A stretch of 64,000 nucleotides of DNA from a virus. Lineage: Duplodnaviria; Caudoviricetes. Each line of letters begins with the position of its first letter. Within the stretch, counting starts at the first letter, position 1. Shown here in pieces: positions 42,853 to 54,200 of the stretch. A model generated the notes under the pieces. It was not told the origin of the DNA and made no database searches. It saw only the letters and a list, made by a program, of their open reading frames with translations. The position numbers and the translations under genes are program-made. The stretch lies in the IMG/VR virus record IMGVR_UViG_3300032243_001145, positions 1 through 64,000 of that record; one strand, written 5' to 3'.

Positions 42853-44080
42853 TATTTTGGAACGGATTCTCATAAATCTCTTTGACGATACCTCTGTTGA
42901 TATCCCAATCTAAGTATAAACCAAATTCATGTCCATGTCGATTCTTGCGTGAGACAATCTCAATCATGTTAGTTCCTGGATATCTGTGTACAGCCATAGC
43001 CATATCAGCATCGTACTCAATAGCCTTTGACCATGCTACCTGAGACATCATTGGTGGATTATCTTGGTCTGAAACATCATCTGCAGTCGCTGCGGTAATG
43101 TCAATAATAGGAATATTGTTTGAAACTGCAAGCATCTTAAATTCACGAGAAACATTTCGGTTTCTTTCAACTTCAGAATTACTTCGCTTGTTATCATTAA
43201 ATAGCTGATGATAGTCAAGAATAACTAGGTCTGGTTTATGCTGGTCAATCTTACCTTGAATAGTTGCTGGTGTTACTTCTGTATTTCCTTCATTTGAAAT
43301 AAGAATAAAGCTATTCTTGTCTGCAAATTTCTTTGAGGACCATGATCGAAAATTATCAATATTAATATCACCCTTTGAAAAATCAGATGCCTTAAATAAC
43401 CCAGAGCCAAGCATGGTATAAATACGATCACGCATATTTTCTGGTGACATTTCTAGTGAAACAATCATTGGTTTAAATCCCTGCTCCCATGCTTTACATG
43501 CAAGATAAGAAGTAAACCATGTCTTACCACGCCCTGGCCAGCCGATAGCGACGATAAGGTGTCCTGGAGCCATACCTGTTGGGTATGCTAAATCTATAGC
43601 TTCAAAACCAGTCTTGATTCCTGGAGAACCGCCCATTTCTGCAGAGCGTACCTTTAACAACTCCATATATCTAATTGCTGCATCTGCATCTGTAATATCT
43701 AAATCTCGAACATTGTTTGTAAACCTACTAAGCCCAGCCAATTGTGACTGCATGTTTTCAAGAACTCTTGAAGCAGCGTCTTCTTTAAGAGATGATCCTG
43801 CACGAAGAATAATAGTCTTAAGTTTATTAGAAATAAATTCATTCTTAAGAGTATCTAAATAATATCCCGTTTGACCCTTTACGTCTACTGGCTCAAAGTC
43901 TTTAAACTTTTCTTGAAGGATTCCAACCTCTGGGACTGCTTTAAATTTATAGTAATATGACTTAAGGCCATCCCAAATATCTTTGTGTGAGGTGAATAGA
44001 TCATCAACATTGTCTGCAAGTAATGTACTGATGTCTTTATTCTTGCATACCGCTGAGATTAGCTCTGCTTCTGTATTCAC
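42818..44080 (-). CDS. dnaB: replicative DNA helicase
   Basis: GWPGRGKT, SLEM, LDY, IEYDAD, KNRHG. Confidence 0.93.
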   Translation of the reverse strand: MNTEAELISAVCKNKDISTLLADNVDDLFTSHKDIWDGLKSYYYKFKAVPEVGILQEKFKDFEPVDVKGQTGYYLDTLKNEFISNKLKTIILRAGSSLKEDAASRVLENMQSQLAGLSRFTNNVRDLDITDADAAIRYMELLKVRSAEMGGSPGIKTGFEAIDLAYPTGMAPGHLIVAIGWPGRGKTWFTSYLACKAWEQGFKPMIVSLEMSPENMRDRIYTMLGSGLFKASDFSKGDINIDNFRSWSSKKFADKNSFILISNEGNTEVTPATIQGKIDQHKPDLVILDYHQLFNDNKRSNSEVERNRNVSREFKMLAVSNNIPIIDITAATADDVSDQDNPPMMSQVAWSKAIEYDADMAMAVHRYPGTNMIEIVSRKNRHGHEFGLYLDWDINRGIVKEIYENPFQNNESQTDKKIPG

Positions 44081-44400
44081 TCTGGCCCGCCTTGCTCTAC
44101 CATCTTCTTCGTTTCTTGTAGTAACAAACGACGCTTTTCTTTATCTTTTTCAATTTCAGTTCTTGCAATGTCCATCTTATCAAAATTGTATAGAAAAAAT
44201 TGTATTGTGTGCCCATTCTTTGTTAGATGAAAATAATATTCCAACAACTCTTTTGCACGGCTAAATCCTACACTATCAATTACATCTTGCATAGCCCATT
44301 TTTCACGAAACTTATTAATTGATGCTTCTTTGCCATACTTCTTTTTATATAAATTTTGAAAAAGTGTAAGTAAGATATATGGCTCTTTATTATTTGCCAC
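44077..44400 (-). CDS. hypothetical protein (possible helicase loader)
   Basis: Directly upstream of dnaB. Confidence 0.65.
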   Translation of the reverse strand: MANNKEPYILLTLFQNLYKKKYGKEASINKFREKWAMQDVIDSVGFSRAKELLEYYFHLTKNGHTIQFFLYNFDKMDIARTEIEKDKEKRRLLLQETKKMVEQGGPE

Positions 44401-44593
44401 GTTTTAACTCTTCCTCAACCTCTTCTGTTTTTTGAATTAATTTATTTTCAACAAAATTATATACTCGTTCAGTTGCAGCATCTACTGTCTCTCCCTGCCT
44501 AACATCATCTTCAACACCTACACCAATTTTAATACTTTCATAGTTACCAAGATTTCTAGTAAATGAAAGGTCTACTTTTACTCTCGTTGTCAT
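44390..44593 (-). CDS. hypothetical phage protein
   Basis: TRNLGNYESIK motif. Confidence 0.8.
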   Translation of the reverse strand: MTTRVKVDLSFTRNLGNYESIKIGVGVEDDVRQGETVDAATERVYNFVENKLIQKTEEVEEELKRGK

Positions 44594-44703
44594 TTATGTT
44601 CTGCCTTCTTGTGTCTGTTAAGTGTGTCGCTGGCAAATATGCCCCAGCGAACTTCTATGTCCCGTTTACAAATATCGCAAGTAACTACTCTGCTTTTTTC
44701 CAT
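44590..44703 (-). CDS. 37-aa C2H2 Zn-finger microprotein
   Basis: CDIC...HKKAEH; coupled at both ends. Confidence 0.7.
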   Translation of the reverse strand: MEKSRVVTCDICKRDIEVRWGIFASDTLNRHKKAEHK

Positions 44704-45188
44704 TACTCTGCCTTCCATACTGGAACAAACTTTCCTTCTTCTGTTTTAGTATACAATATTAAGTTATTTTTGAGAAGGGCTTGTATTTCTGCCTTTGAAG
44801 GAATTTCTTTTGAGTGTCCTGAATCTAATATGTGTTGGTGTATATCTAATATGTTCTTTTGATTAAACATATACTGTGACCAATTTTTGCTGTCTGGTTG
44901 TCCGATTGGATATATTTTTTGAGGGGTAGAAACCTTATCTCCTAATATATATTCTTGTATAGTTACCCTATGCTTGTTAAGCATAAAGGCAACTTCTACA
45001 ACGGTGTATGCAGTTTCCATATTTTTTTTAACTTGAGAATATGAATACATTACTCTTTTTTTATCTGGGTAGCACCAAGCAATCATTTCATCTTTTGATC
45101 TAGATGCTTTTAAAACTTTATGTATTTTGTCGTTTAAAAAGAAATACCGTAAGCTTTTTGATTTGCCGTCTCTTTTAATTCCAGCCAT
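44703..45188 (-). CDS. putative DNA-binding protein
   Basis: HTH-like YTVVEVAFMLNKHRVTIQEY. Confidence 0.7.
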   Translation of the reverse strand: MAGIKRDGKSKSLRYFFLNDKIHKVLKASRSKDEMIAWCYPDKKRVMYSYSQVKKNMETAYTVVEVAFMLNKHRVTIQEYILGDKVSTPQKIYPIGQPDSKNWSQYMFNQKNILDIHQHILDSGHSKEIPSKAEIQALLKNNLILYTKTEEGKFVPVWKAE

Positions 45189-45319
45189 TTTCCGAAAGCA
45201 CTCGTTTCTTTATTACACATCCAGCGTTTGCCGCACATGATACAAAATAATTCCATATGTAATTTTTGTGAAAATACTCTATCTACAAAAACTCTTCCTC
45301 CACATTTACCGCACCACAT
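45134..45319 (-). CDS. Zn-ribbon protein
   Basis: CGKC...CIMC. Confidence 0.75.
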   Translation of the reverse strand: MWCGKCGGRVFVDRVFSQKLHMELFCIMCGKRWMCNKETSAFGKWLELKETANQKAYGISF

Positions 45320-46119
45320 TATAATGTAAAAAACTTTCCATCCACTACACAGCTATAGTCTGGCGACACATGGATCATTTGAATATGAGGATAATCATTT
45401 ACAATATGCGCTACTGCAAATCCTTTTTGCCAATCATGATGTTGTGTGTACTTCATTCCTGGACCCTTTTCGTCACACATGTGACCAATCTCATAACCAC
45501 GAAGTGTTTCTCCTTGACCATTGTTTCTAAGCTCATATGTTACCATATGCGATGCAATTCTGTGAGAGTGTCCTCTAATTAAAGATATCTGCATGTCTTC
45601 CATATCTTTTCTTGCAGATCCAGTTGCTGCAATTGAAAGTCCATGGTGTACATGTATATCTCCAAAACGACGTTTAGGAAGTTCATCGTAATATATGTAA
45701 TTGTATCCCAATGAGTCCAAAGACCAGAGTGCTTCTGGTGTTACTTCATTAATATAATCTGGAAGTTTTGCATCAATATAATTAAAAATTCTTATGTCGT
45801 GATTTCCAAGCGCTGAAAATAGCTGTGCATCTGGAAGCATCTCTCGTGTTTTGGCGTAGAAATCTCTAGCACCTTTTGCTTCATGTCTCATCATTGGAAC
45901 AATTAAATCACGGCTGTCATCTTTGTGAAGTTGCATAAACTCTGCAGAACGACCTTCTGTGTACTTACTATAGCATGCTTGATCGTCAGTGTCTCCCAAA
46001 TAATCAACAACATCTGGCTTAAACCATTTCATTACTTTAAACCATAAGGCAATCATCTTATCGTCTTGATATGGAAACTGCTGATCGGATGAAAGCATCC
46101 ATTTTAAATCGTTACTCAT
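45319..46119 (-). CDS. calcineurin-like metallophosphoesterase
   Basis: SDxQ, GDxxD, GNHD, HG, GHSH. Confidence 0.88.
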   Translation of the reverse strand: MSNDLKWMLSSDQQFPYQDDKMIALWFKVMKWFKPDVVDYLGDTDDQACYSKYTEGRSAEFMQLHKDDSRDLIVPMMRHEAKGARDFYAKTREMLPDAQLFSALGNHDIRIFNYIDAKLPDYINEVTPEALWSLDSLGYNYIYYDELPKRRFGDIHVHHGLSIAATGSARKDMEDMQISLIRGHSHRIASHMVTYELRNNGQGETLRGYEIGHMCDEKGPGMKYTQHHDWQKGFAVAHIVNDYPHIQMIHVSPDYSCVVDGKFFTL

Positions 46120-46135
46120 TGTTTACCTTTATACG

Positions 46136-46200
46136 AAAAAAGTCACGGGTACGTGACTTAGATGTTACATTTATTGTAACATATTGGTGCAGCTTGTAAA
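46136..46200 (-). promoter_or_regulatory. replication-operon promoter with palindromic operator and hairpin/U-tract
   Basis: TTTACA-N16-TACAAT; ATGTTACA-N5-TGTAACAT; AAGTCACG/CGTGACTT. Confidence 0.6.
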
Positions 46201-46204
46201 TAGG

Positions 46205-46657
46205 TTATGCTTCTACAGCAAATAAATCAAAATTCATTTTTCCGCTTGCAGCGCCTGCGCCGCTTCTAACTTCAAATGTCATCTTTGTGCTAGTAATTGA
46301 TGTTATTATTACGTGAATTCTTGTTTGAGCCTCAGTTAATTTTGCCCCACCAGAATTTACTTGTATCCAGCAGCGTGGTGGCTTTGTAAATGTTTTATCT
46401 GGAAATGTCCAAGAGTTACCGTAAGAAGGGGTATTTGATGGATTAACTTGAGCTCCAGAGATAGTCGTGCTATATACTTTTGATGAAACTGCTACAACCT
46501 TATTGTCGCCACCAGTGGCTGTGGCGTTTTGCAATATAATACTTTGAGATGCGCTCTCTTTATTTATTGCACGTAAGTCTGCAATAATATTATTGATCAG
46601 ATCCGATGTTACTGGGTCTCCTGCGCTAATGGTTTTTGTTACTATATCAGCCATCAT
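46205..46657 (-). CDS. tail-associated protein (H-type-lectin-like C-terminus)
   Basis: TFP..FTKPP pattern, tail context. Confidence 0.6.
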   Translation of the reverse strand: MMADIVTKTISAGDPVTSDLINNIIADLRAINKESASQSIILQNATATGGDNKVVAVSSKVYSTTISGAQVNPSNTPSYGNSWTFPDKTFTKPPRCWIQVNSGGAKLTEAQTRIHVIITSITSTKMTFEVRSGAGAASGKMNFDLFAVEA

Positions 46658-46816
46658 TTACTCCTTTGGTTGTTCCGCTGGAACTTCCTGTGATTTATTT
46701 GCCTCAGCAAGCTGTGTTATTTCTGCTCTAAGGATTGCTACATGCGTCTCATATTGTGAGACAATCTCACCGATACGCTGTTGCAAAGCCTGTACTACTA
46801 GTTCTAATTTTTCCAT
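46658..46816 (-). CDS. 52-aa coiled-coil protein
   Basis: AAGGGG RBS; not in the ORF track. Confidence 0.7.
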   Translation of the reverse strand: MEKLELVVQALQQRIGEIVSQYETHVAILRAEITQLAEANKSQEVPAEQPKE

Positions 46817-46847
46817 TATATCCCCTTGATAGATTTACAGTATATCA

Positions 46848-49800
46848 TTATGCCTCTAGGGCGTCAAGCCTATTTAAAATTCTTTTAACTACGCTTATTA
46901 ATATTGGAGCAAGGCTATTATAATTAATATTTTCTGGAAGCCCTTCGCTATTATATTCAACAATATCTTCAAGACCTTCAATTGCTGCAACTTCTTCTGC
47001 AATTAATCCTACTCTATATGCAGTATCTCCTTTTTTGGCATCTGCTATTCCTTGGAATTTAACTGGTCTTAATGCAAGAAGCTGTTGGTCAGTAAATTCT
47101 ACACTTTCAATATTAGTTTTATATCTTCTAGAGGAAGTAGATCTTGCAATTAGTCCAGTAGAGGAGCTCAGATATGCGTTAGCACCAGATGTTGTTGTGT
47201 CTGGTAAATAAGCTGTAGCTCTTGTTTTATCAAAATAAACAGAGCCAGTATCTGTGTTACTACTATTTGTAAAATGTGTTTGACCAGTTCCAGATGTAAT
47301 ATATACTGAAGTACCGCTAACTGTAGTATAGTTTGATAAACCATTTGTTAAAACATAATTTGTAGAATCTCCAGCCATTGTGGCGGAAGAAGAAGTTGCT
47401 AAAAACAAGCCGTAGGTTGTTCCAGCTGCATTTGCAGTTACTCCATAATGCATTAATATTCCAGCAGAGGAAGCAGCTAAAACGTGGCCTCTTACTGTAC
47501 TTCCATATACAACTTGTAATGAATCTGTGTTTGCATCTATAATTTGAACTCTATTTGCAGATGTACTTGTTTGAATTTTAGCACCAGTAATCGTTCCACC
47601 TGTAATAGTATTACCAACAATAGCTGATCCTGTAATTTTTCCACCAGTTATCGTTCCATTATTTGCATCAAGTATTAGTTGTGCTCCTCCGCTTGGAGAG
47701 TTGCCCAATAATTGATTACCACTAATTCCCCAACCTGCGGAAAAACTATCTCCAAAATATCCGCTTGCAGCTCTAACTTCGCCAGCAAATATTGCATCTC
47801 CAGCACTTGTTAAAGTAAATGTTGCATTTCCATTTTTATATCCTAATATTCCAGCTGAGGTTATTTTAACTCCGCTTCCATATGTGGAATCAGAAGATCC
47901 TGCATATACTTCAAAACCAGAAGCATTTGCTGAAATTTTATTATCTACTGCACTTTGTACAACATATGCAGTTGCATTTAATTTACCATTTAAAGATGTT
48001 TTTGATGCATACTTTGCATTTGGCTTTTCTGTCCAATTATATCCAGCTGCGGTTGCTGTATATATAGAATTATCATCTCCGCCATTTATCCATAAATCGC
48101 CTGCTCTATTTGCATATGGCTGAGTGTTATCTGATGTAACAAATACTGTATTTTTTGTGGCAAGTCCACTACTTAATGTAGATGCTGCTACATAATCTCC
48201 TTCAACAGTTTGAAGCCTACTATTAATTCCAGAAGTTACTGTATTTAAAGTATAAAGATTTAAGCTTCCAGTTGTTGCATAACCTTCAATTGTTGATCCA
48301 GCACCAAGACCCAAAACTGCTCCAGTTGCGTATAGTGTTCCGTCCACTCCAACTTTAAACTTAGCATTTGAACCAGTCTGACTTCCAACCCATAATCTGT
48401 AATTTGGATCTGTTGCACTCATTCTAACAATTGAACCTAATGTGCCTGTTGTATCTCCAAGTGTTATGGTTCCATTACTTTCAATACTTGTTCCAGTTGC
48501 AGATAAACCTGTTGTTGCTAAAGTCCATCCTCCAACAGTTCCAAGCGTAGCATCTAGCCTACCAGTAGATTGCACTAAAGAAAATGTTTGTCCAGTTTCA
48601 TTACTTGTGCTTGTAGAGTCATATGCAAATATACCTTCACTACTAAACCTTACTCTTGCTCCTGATGTTGGATTTGCGCCTGCGTAAAGTGTACCGCTTG
48701 TAGTTGCTCGCTCTGGAATTGAAAGCTGAACATTGCCTGTAAACTTTCCTCCTGTAGCATTAATACTTCCAGTTAGGTATAAATTTGTCCCATTCCAATA
48801 CATAAATTCTGTTGGATTTCCAACTCTAAATTGTCCTGTAGTAAGCCAAAAGTTATTGCCGACATTTGTTGTAGATTTATTTAATACAATTCCATGGTAA
48901 GTTCCTTGAGTTAGTGTTGGACTTACAATTGGATCCACACTTAAATTAATCCCCTGTGTAATTCCTGTTCCTATTTTAAATAAATCTTGAGTTGCTCCGC
49001 CTATAGCTATGTAAGATTTTAATCTTGCTAATGCTCCAGCTGCTGTTCCATCTGCATCAGAAGCAATAAATGTTCCACTTGCTGCACCCGTCCAATTGAC
49101 AACATCGTAAGGTGTTGTTGATGCAACCTGATAATAATATGTTGTATTTGGGATAAGACCTGTTGCAGTAAAAGAAGTTGTAGCTATTCCGCTTACAGAT
49201 GCATATTCCCAAAGTGGTGTAGTTACAGTTGAGGGATTATCTGTTGACCATCTTATTGCATATCCTGCTGTTTTAACATTTGTAGATTGTGCCCAACTAA
49301 TTGTTGAAACAAGACTAAATCCACTTAAATCTTTTGGATCAATAGAGGCAGTTGCAGATGAGCTACTTGGATTTTCAACAGTGTATGTTGTATCTGGATC
49401 TGAAGTAAAAGGTTTTACAGGACCCTCTGTAGCCTCCGATATATTTAAATCGTTCCATCTATCTCTAGATCTAACCTTCACCCATCGATTAGCAAAAGCA
49501 TTAGGGCCAGTAGTTAAAACTGTAACACTAGTAGATGTTCCAGTATAAACAATAGTTTGTGTAGCAAAATCTTTTGTAAGGCTTTCAAATATAATAACAT
49601 CTTCTTGTACACTAAGTGGATCAAGATCAAACTTAATTCCGTATGATTGAGAACCTGGAGTTAATGTTAAATTTTTAACTGGTTTAGTTAAGTTTTCTAT
49701 TACATGATTTACTAAATATGCAGGCGATCTTTTACTTTCAGTTATTAAACTTGTTTCGGAATCTTCATGTAAATATGTAAAAAAAAATTTATAGGTTTTG

Positions 49801-49940
49801 TCTTTAAACGGCAACATTCTTATTGTTTTTGTATATGAATTTGCGGAGGTTGAGGCAGCAGAAGCTGCTGAAGCAGTATTTGTTTTTTCTAAATCAGCAG
49901 GAAAATTTGCGTCAACTTCATCTCTATCGTATCTGGCCAT
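46848..49940 (-). CDS. tail fiber/receptor-binding protein with FN3 domain and C-terminal S74 chaperone
   Basis: TGLIPNTTYYYQV; SSRRYKTNI...LRPV...GLIAEEV. Confidence 0.88.
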   Translation of the reverse strand: MARYDRDEVDANFPADLEKTNTASAASAASTSANSYTKTIRMLPFKDKTYKFFFTYLHEDSETSLITESKRSPAYLVNHVIENLTKPVKNLTLTPGSQSYGIKFDLDPLSVQEDVIIFESLTKDFATQTIVYTGTSTSVTVLTTGPNAFANRWVKVRSRDRWNDLNISEATEGPVKPFTSDPDTTYTVENPSSSSATASIDPKDLSGFSLVSTISWAQSTNVKTAGYAIRWSTDNPSTVTTPLWEYASVSGIATTSFTATGLIPNTTYYYQVASTTPYDVVNWTGAASGTFIASDADGTAAGALARLKSYIAIGGATQDLFKIGTGITQGINLSVDPIVSPTLTQGTYHGIVLNKSTTNVGNNFWLTTGQFRVGNPTEFMYWNGTNLYLTGSINATGGKFTGNVQLSIPERATTSGTLYAGANPTSGARVRFSSEGIFAYDSTSTSNETGQTFSLVQSTGRLDATLGTVGGWTLATTGLSATGTSIESNGTITLGDTTGTLGSIVRMSATDPNYRLWVGSQTGSNAKFKVGVDGTLYATGAVLGLGAGSTIEGYATTGSLNLYTLNTVTSGINSRLQTVEGDYVAASTLSSGLATKNTVFVTSDNTQPYANRAGDLWINGGDDNSIYTATAAGYNWTEKPNAKYASKTSLNGKLNATAYVVQSAVDNKISANASGFEVYAGSSDSTYGSGVKITSAGILGYKNGNATFTLTSAGDAIFAGEVRAASGYFGDSFSAGWGISGNQLLGNSPSGGAQLILDANNGTITGGKITGSAIVGNTITGGTITGAKIQTSTSANRVQIIDANTDSLQVVYGSTVRGHVLAASSAGILMHYGVTANAAGTTYGLFLATSSSATMAGDSTNYVLTNGLSNYTTVSGTSVYITSGTGQTHFTNSSNTDTGSVYFDKTRATAYLPDTTTSGANAYLSSSTGLIARSTSSRRYKTNIESVEFTDQQLLALRPVKFQGIADAKKGDTAYRVGLIAEEVAAIEGLEDIVEYNSEGLPENINYNSLAPILISVVKRILNRLDALEA

Positions 49941-50920
49941 TAGAAACTTAATCCAATTCTATACTCTATGTCCATTTGCTTGCCTAAAGTTTTTGTAATA
50001 ACATCACTTAGCACAGATCTACTTATCATTCCATAGTCTGATCTGAAAGAGTCCTCATCATTTATTCTAAGACCATCAAGTAAAACATTTGTTGCTCCTG
50101 AGCTTTTTGCTTTAACTCCAATTGATATTTTTACAATAGAAGTTTGATCTGGTGTTCCAGATGTAAATCCGCTACTATACAGATTGCTTAGATTTAATTC
50201 TTTTACCTTGTAGCCAATTGGTGATAATCCAGTAAACTGTAGTGATGTTTCTCCAGGATACCTAATCTCATAGTAATTATTATTTGAATCATATGCTCTA
50301 AAATATATATAGTCTAAATTTAAATCACTTTGATAATATGCAAGTGTCATGCTGTCTTTGGCGCTGTATCCTGAAATATCTAGGCTAAGATCATAGAAAT
50401 AATTTTTTGATTGTGAGGCTGCCGCATCTACAGATAAATAATATGCTCCTATTTTAGGAGATGATGTCATAACTAAGCTTGGGCTAGCACCAGTGCTGTC
50501 TGTCCAAAATTGATTATCTTCAAATGATGATATTGATTTGCTTGCATAGTCAGTTGTTCCAAAAGTTATGCTTGGGAATAGGCCTACCTCATTTATAATT
50601 CCAGAAACATCTACTGGGATTGTTGTCTTATAAACAACTCCGTATGTGCTTACTCCTGTTAGAGGGCTTGTCTGTATATCTACGCTTGATAGATTTACTG
50701 CCGACCTGTAAAATTCAAAATCTAATTGTGTATCATTTACGGTTGCTGTTGAAGACCCTACACCTATAGCAATATCTTTATCTGGGGATACTTGCTGACC
50801 AGCCAAATATTGAGTGATATACCTCTTACCAAATTTTGTTAAAATGTTTTTGCTTCTATGGATTTCTTTTTCGTCTTCATAAAAAACGTATTCTCCAAAA
50901 ATTTTATTGTCCATATACAT
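49940..50920 (-). CDS. minor tail/baseplate protein
   Basis: IAIGVG...DTQL..E..R...INEVGLF. Confidence 0.75.
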   Translation of the reverse strand: MYMDNKIFGEYVFYEDEKEIHRSKNILTKFGKRYITQYLAGQQVSPDKDIAIGVGSSTATVNDTQLDFEFYRSAVNLSSVDIQTSPLTGVSTYGVVYKTTIPVDVSGIINEVGLFPSITFGTTDYASKSISSFEDNQFWTDSTGASPSLVMTSSPKIGAYYLSVDAAASQSKNYFYDLSLDISGYSAKDSMTLAYYQSDLNLDYIYFRAYDSNNNYYEIRYPGETSLQFTGLSPIGYKVKELNLSNLYSSGFTSGTPDQTSIVKISIGVKAKSSGATNVLLDGLRINDEDSFRSDYGMISRSVLSDVITKTLGKQMDIEYRIGLSF

Positions 50921-51248
50921 TTACCCCCACAACACTATCCCCTACGTGATTTTTAACATTAAAAACAAACTCAATATACTGATTTTTATTTTTATCTGTT
51001 ACAAGCTTTTTGCTAACCAAAGTAATGTCTTCTAGATTTGGCGCATCTAATTCTCCTCCTGGTGGTGGAGGGGGAGGATTAGGTGGCTCTTCAGACCCCT
51101 CTACAAAAATTTGCTCAGGCTCAAATGATCCTGGATCAACAATAACATAGTGGTCTGGTTTTAATACTTGAATTAAAGGGTCTTTAGGAAATAGCAGAAG
51201 CTTTTTTTCTTTTGCTGTTTCCGATGCGGGTCTTCTTATATTAGCCAT
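50904..51248 (-). CDS. Pro-rich minor tail protein
   Basis: EPPNPPPPPPGG. Confidence 0.65.
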   Translation of the reverse strand: MANIRRPASETAKEKKLLLFPKDPLIQVLKPDHYVIVDPGSFEPEQIFVEGSEEPPNPPPPPPGGELDAPNLEDITLVSKKLVTDKNKNQYIEFVFNVKNHVGDSVVGVNVYGQ

Positions 51249-51265
51249 ATTAACATTCTACCATT

Positions 51266-54200
51266 TCACGAAACATAAATCGACCTACAAACTACTGTTG
51301 TTGTGGGCGAGGAAGCATTGTCATATGTGCTATCTAATGAAAGAATTACAAACCTGCTTCTGTTGTATCCCGCTGGTATGGTTAAGTCTTCAGAGGAATA
51401 TATGTGTTTTGACGGATAGGATACCTCTATGATATCTCCAACCTGTAGTATCGGGTTAACAAATATTTGCATAGTCAAAACTTTTTGCTGCATGGACCAT
51501 TGGTTTGTCATCCATTCGGCTAGCTCTTTAGCCTCATCTTCTTTTTGTATCCACGTTGATTCAAATCCAACCTGGTCCTGTTTTTCTTCATCGGTTAATC
51601 CTGGCTTCATGTATTCAAACTGATTTGAATTGTCTATAAAATCTCCGACTACAATAAAGTCTTTAGTCTTTCCGTCCGATAGGCTGGTAAATGCGCCAGT
51701 ATTATTCAGTACAAAAGTATCTATAGTAAATGTGTCAAATGCTGATCCTACGACTGTTACTGTGTCATTATTTATTAGTTGCGTGTATTGAGGAAATCCT
51801 GGGTTAGCAAATCTTCCTTTAATTCTTCTAAGCTCCCTAGCTACTGGACCAAATTCTTTTAGCCACGAAATGCTATCTGTTGGTGTGACTCCTTCTCCAA
51901 AAACAAAATCTCCAAAAGTTTTTATTACAGAGGATCCAGCTCCAAGAAGTCCTTTGTATAAATCATAATCTTGTCCTGATAAAAATTCTTCTTTGGTTAT
52001 TGACGTTGTGTATATATAATCAAATACGGAAATTCCTTGCAAGGAAAGAAGTCCGACTTTTTCTGGTACGCTGGTTGCGTCTGTATCTATCACACCTATA
52101 ACTTTATTGTTGATTGATATTTTAAGAGCAAGTGCTTTTTTTGTTCCGTTTTCTGGGATAGACCAGTTTGCCTTTATATCAATTTTATAAAGTTGGCCTC
52201 CATTTATATTTGTTATTATTGTTCCATCTGCTTCTTTTTGTGATGTTATTAACTTTTCTGGTATTCCGTTTTTTATTTTATAAAAATTAACGTCTCTGTA
52301 TCCCTTTTCTACATTTGCATTTTGCGAGGTTCCGATTGTTAAAAGGTATCCGCTTTTGTTATCAGCGCTTAAACCAAATGCAAGTCCAGCTATTGTTGGT
52401 TGATTCCCTGTTGGTAGCTTGGATATGGGATCTACTCTATATGGAAAATACATATTAGTTCCAATTGCAAAGCTGTCGTTGCTTGTTGGTGTGACTGTTC
52501 CTAAAAACTCTGCTTGAGCTTTTGGTGTGACAAGTCTGTATGATGTGTTTTTAACTGGTATCGTTGGGTTTGTGATTTTAGTTGCTGGGTCTTCATTTGT
52601 TTTTAATTGAACCTCTGGGGCAAAGATTGTCATCATCGATAAAGGAATAGAAGCAAAAAGATTATTGGGGTTATTTATATATTTACCGCTGGCGTCTTTT
52701 TCAACTTTAATCTTTTTTAATGTAAAGACTGCATCTGAGCTATCTGAAACAAAATTTCCAGTAACCGAGTCCCATTTAAATCCATCCCATTCTGCTTTAA
52801 GAGCATCAGTATCAACATTGTGCACCAATGCTCCCTCTTCGCCAAGCTTAATAACATCAAAAGCATTTCTGGTCTTTATTCTATATTCTCCAGTAGGCTT
52901 AAATGTATTTGGTTTTCCTAAACCTTGATATTTTTGAACATCAGATTCAGATGTTATCCATATCGGTACCGAGCCCACATCTGAGTTAATGCTTTGATAT
53001 TCATACCTGATTGCATCGTATTCAATAATTTCTTTTTCTACAACAAGGTATCCAGAGTATGAATAAAATTGCTGCTCTACTCCAGATATTACAATTGGCT
53101 CTAAAAACAAAGATCCCTTTGGCGCATCTGCTTCTAACCCAACTATTTTGTTGTCAGCTTTAACGTTTTCTGTAAGTGCTGCTGCTCCTAAAGTAACTAC
53201 TGGTGATTTGTATAACGGTTCAGAATTTATTACATATGATGAGCTTAGCTGTGGGCTGTATAGAACTTTTATACTTTTTACAGATGGCACATTATCAATA
53301 GAAATAGAAGATATGTTTGGTAGTTTAGTTAATTTTGTATCATATCTAAATGAAGCTTGAGGCAACTTTGTTGAAGAAAATAGATAGCTTCTTGGATAGA
53401 ATTGAAGCTTATCATTTTCATCAAATATTGCTACGGTTTGAGTATCTTTACACAAATCCTGAATCAATTGCCAAACCGTTTTTTCTTTATCTGTGTACCA
53501 GTAGTATGGCGTCACAGTATCTTTACTGTTTTCTGGTATATTAAAATTATAATTTGTAAATCCAATTGAATCTAGCAGTCTTCTAATGATTGCAACTGAG
53601 GACATGTCCTTTGTTACAATGTCTGGTGGCTTAATATACTGCAGCTCTCTTGCTCCGTCTAATCCAGAAATATTTATCTCTCCAAATTCATCAACAGAAT
53701 AAGAGTCTAAGTAAAATACACCTAGATTAATTATTTCCATATCTATTCTGACATATGGTTTTATTATAATGTTTTTGTATAAACTTATTTTATTTTTGTC
53801 AAAAGCATTAACCTTATCATAGTGGTCATAGTTTTTATCATAAGCATTTAAAGATAGATTTATTGAGTTTGCTGTAACATCTCCTACTGGGACTAGCCCA
53901 TCAACCTTGTCAGATGAGTTTGCAGATATGTTAAATGACTCAGTTCTTTCCGTTACATCAATAACATACCTAGCTGATAGTTCTATCACTCCAACAAATG
54001 CCCCAGCAATACTATTCTTTTTAATCTCTAATTCTAATTTATTTATGTCAATAGATTTAGTTGTGTCTAAGTCTAGGGCTACTGCTGTCCATGTTGGAAG
54101 CCCATTGTAATATAAATTAACAACTCCATCTGTTGGACATGTTGTTCCGCTATATATTGTTGATTTAACTCCTTCTGCATTTGTTACCTTTAAATTCCAT

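Noticed and set aside
28048-44080. Inteins or introns in TerL, RecA, DnaE or DnaB
   Set aside because: Lengths are normal, motifs are contiguous and no splice-junction signatures are visible
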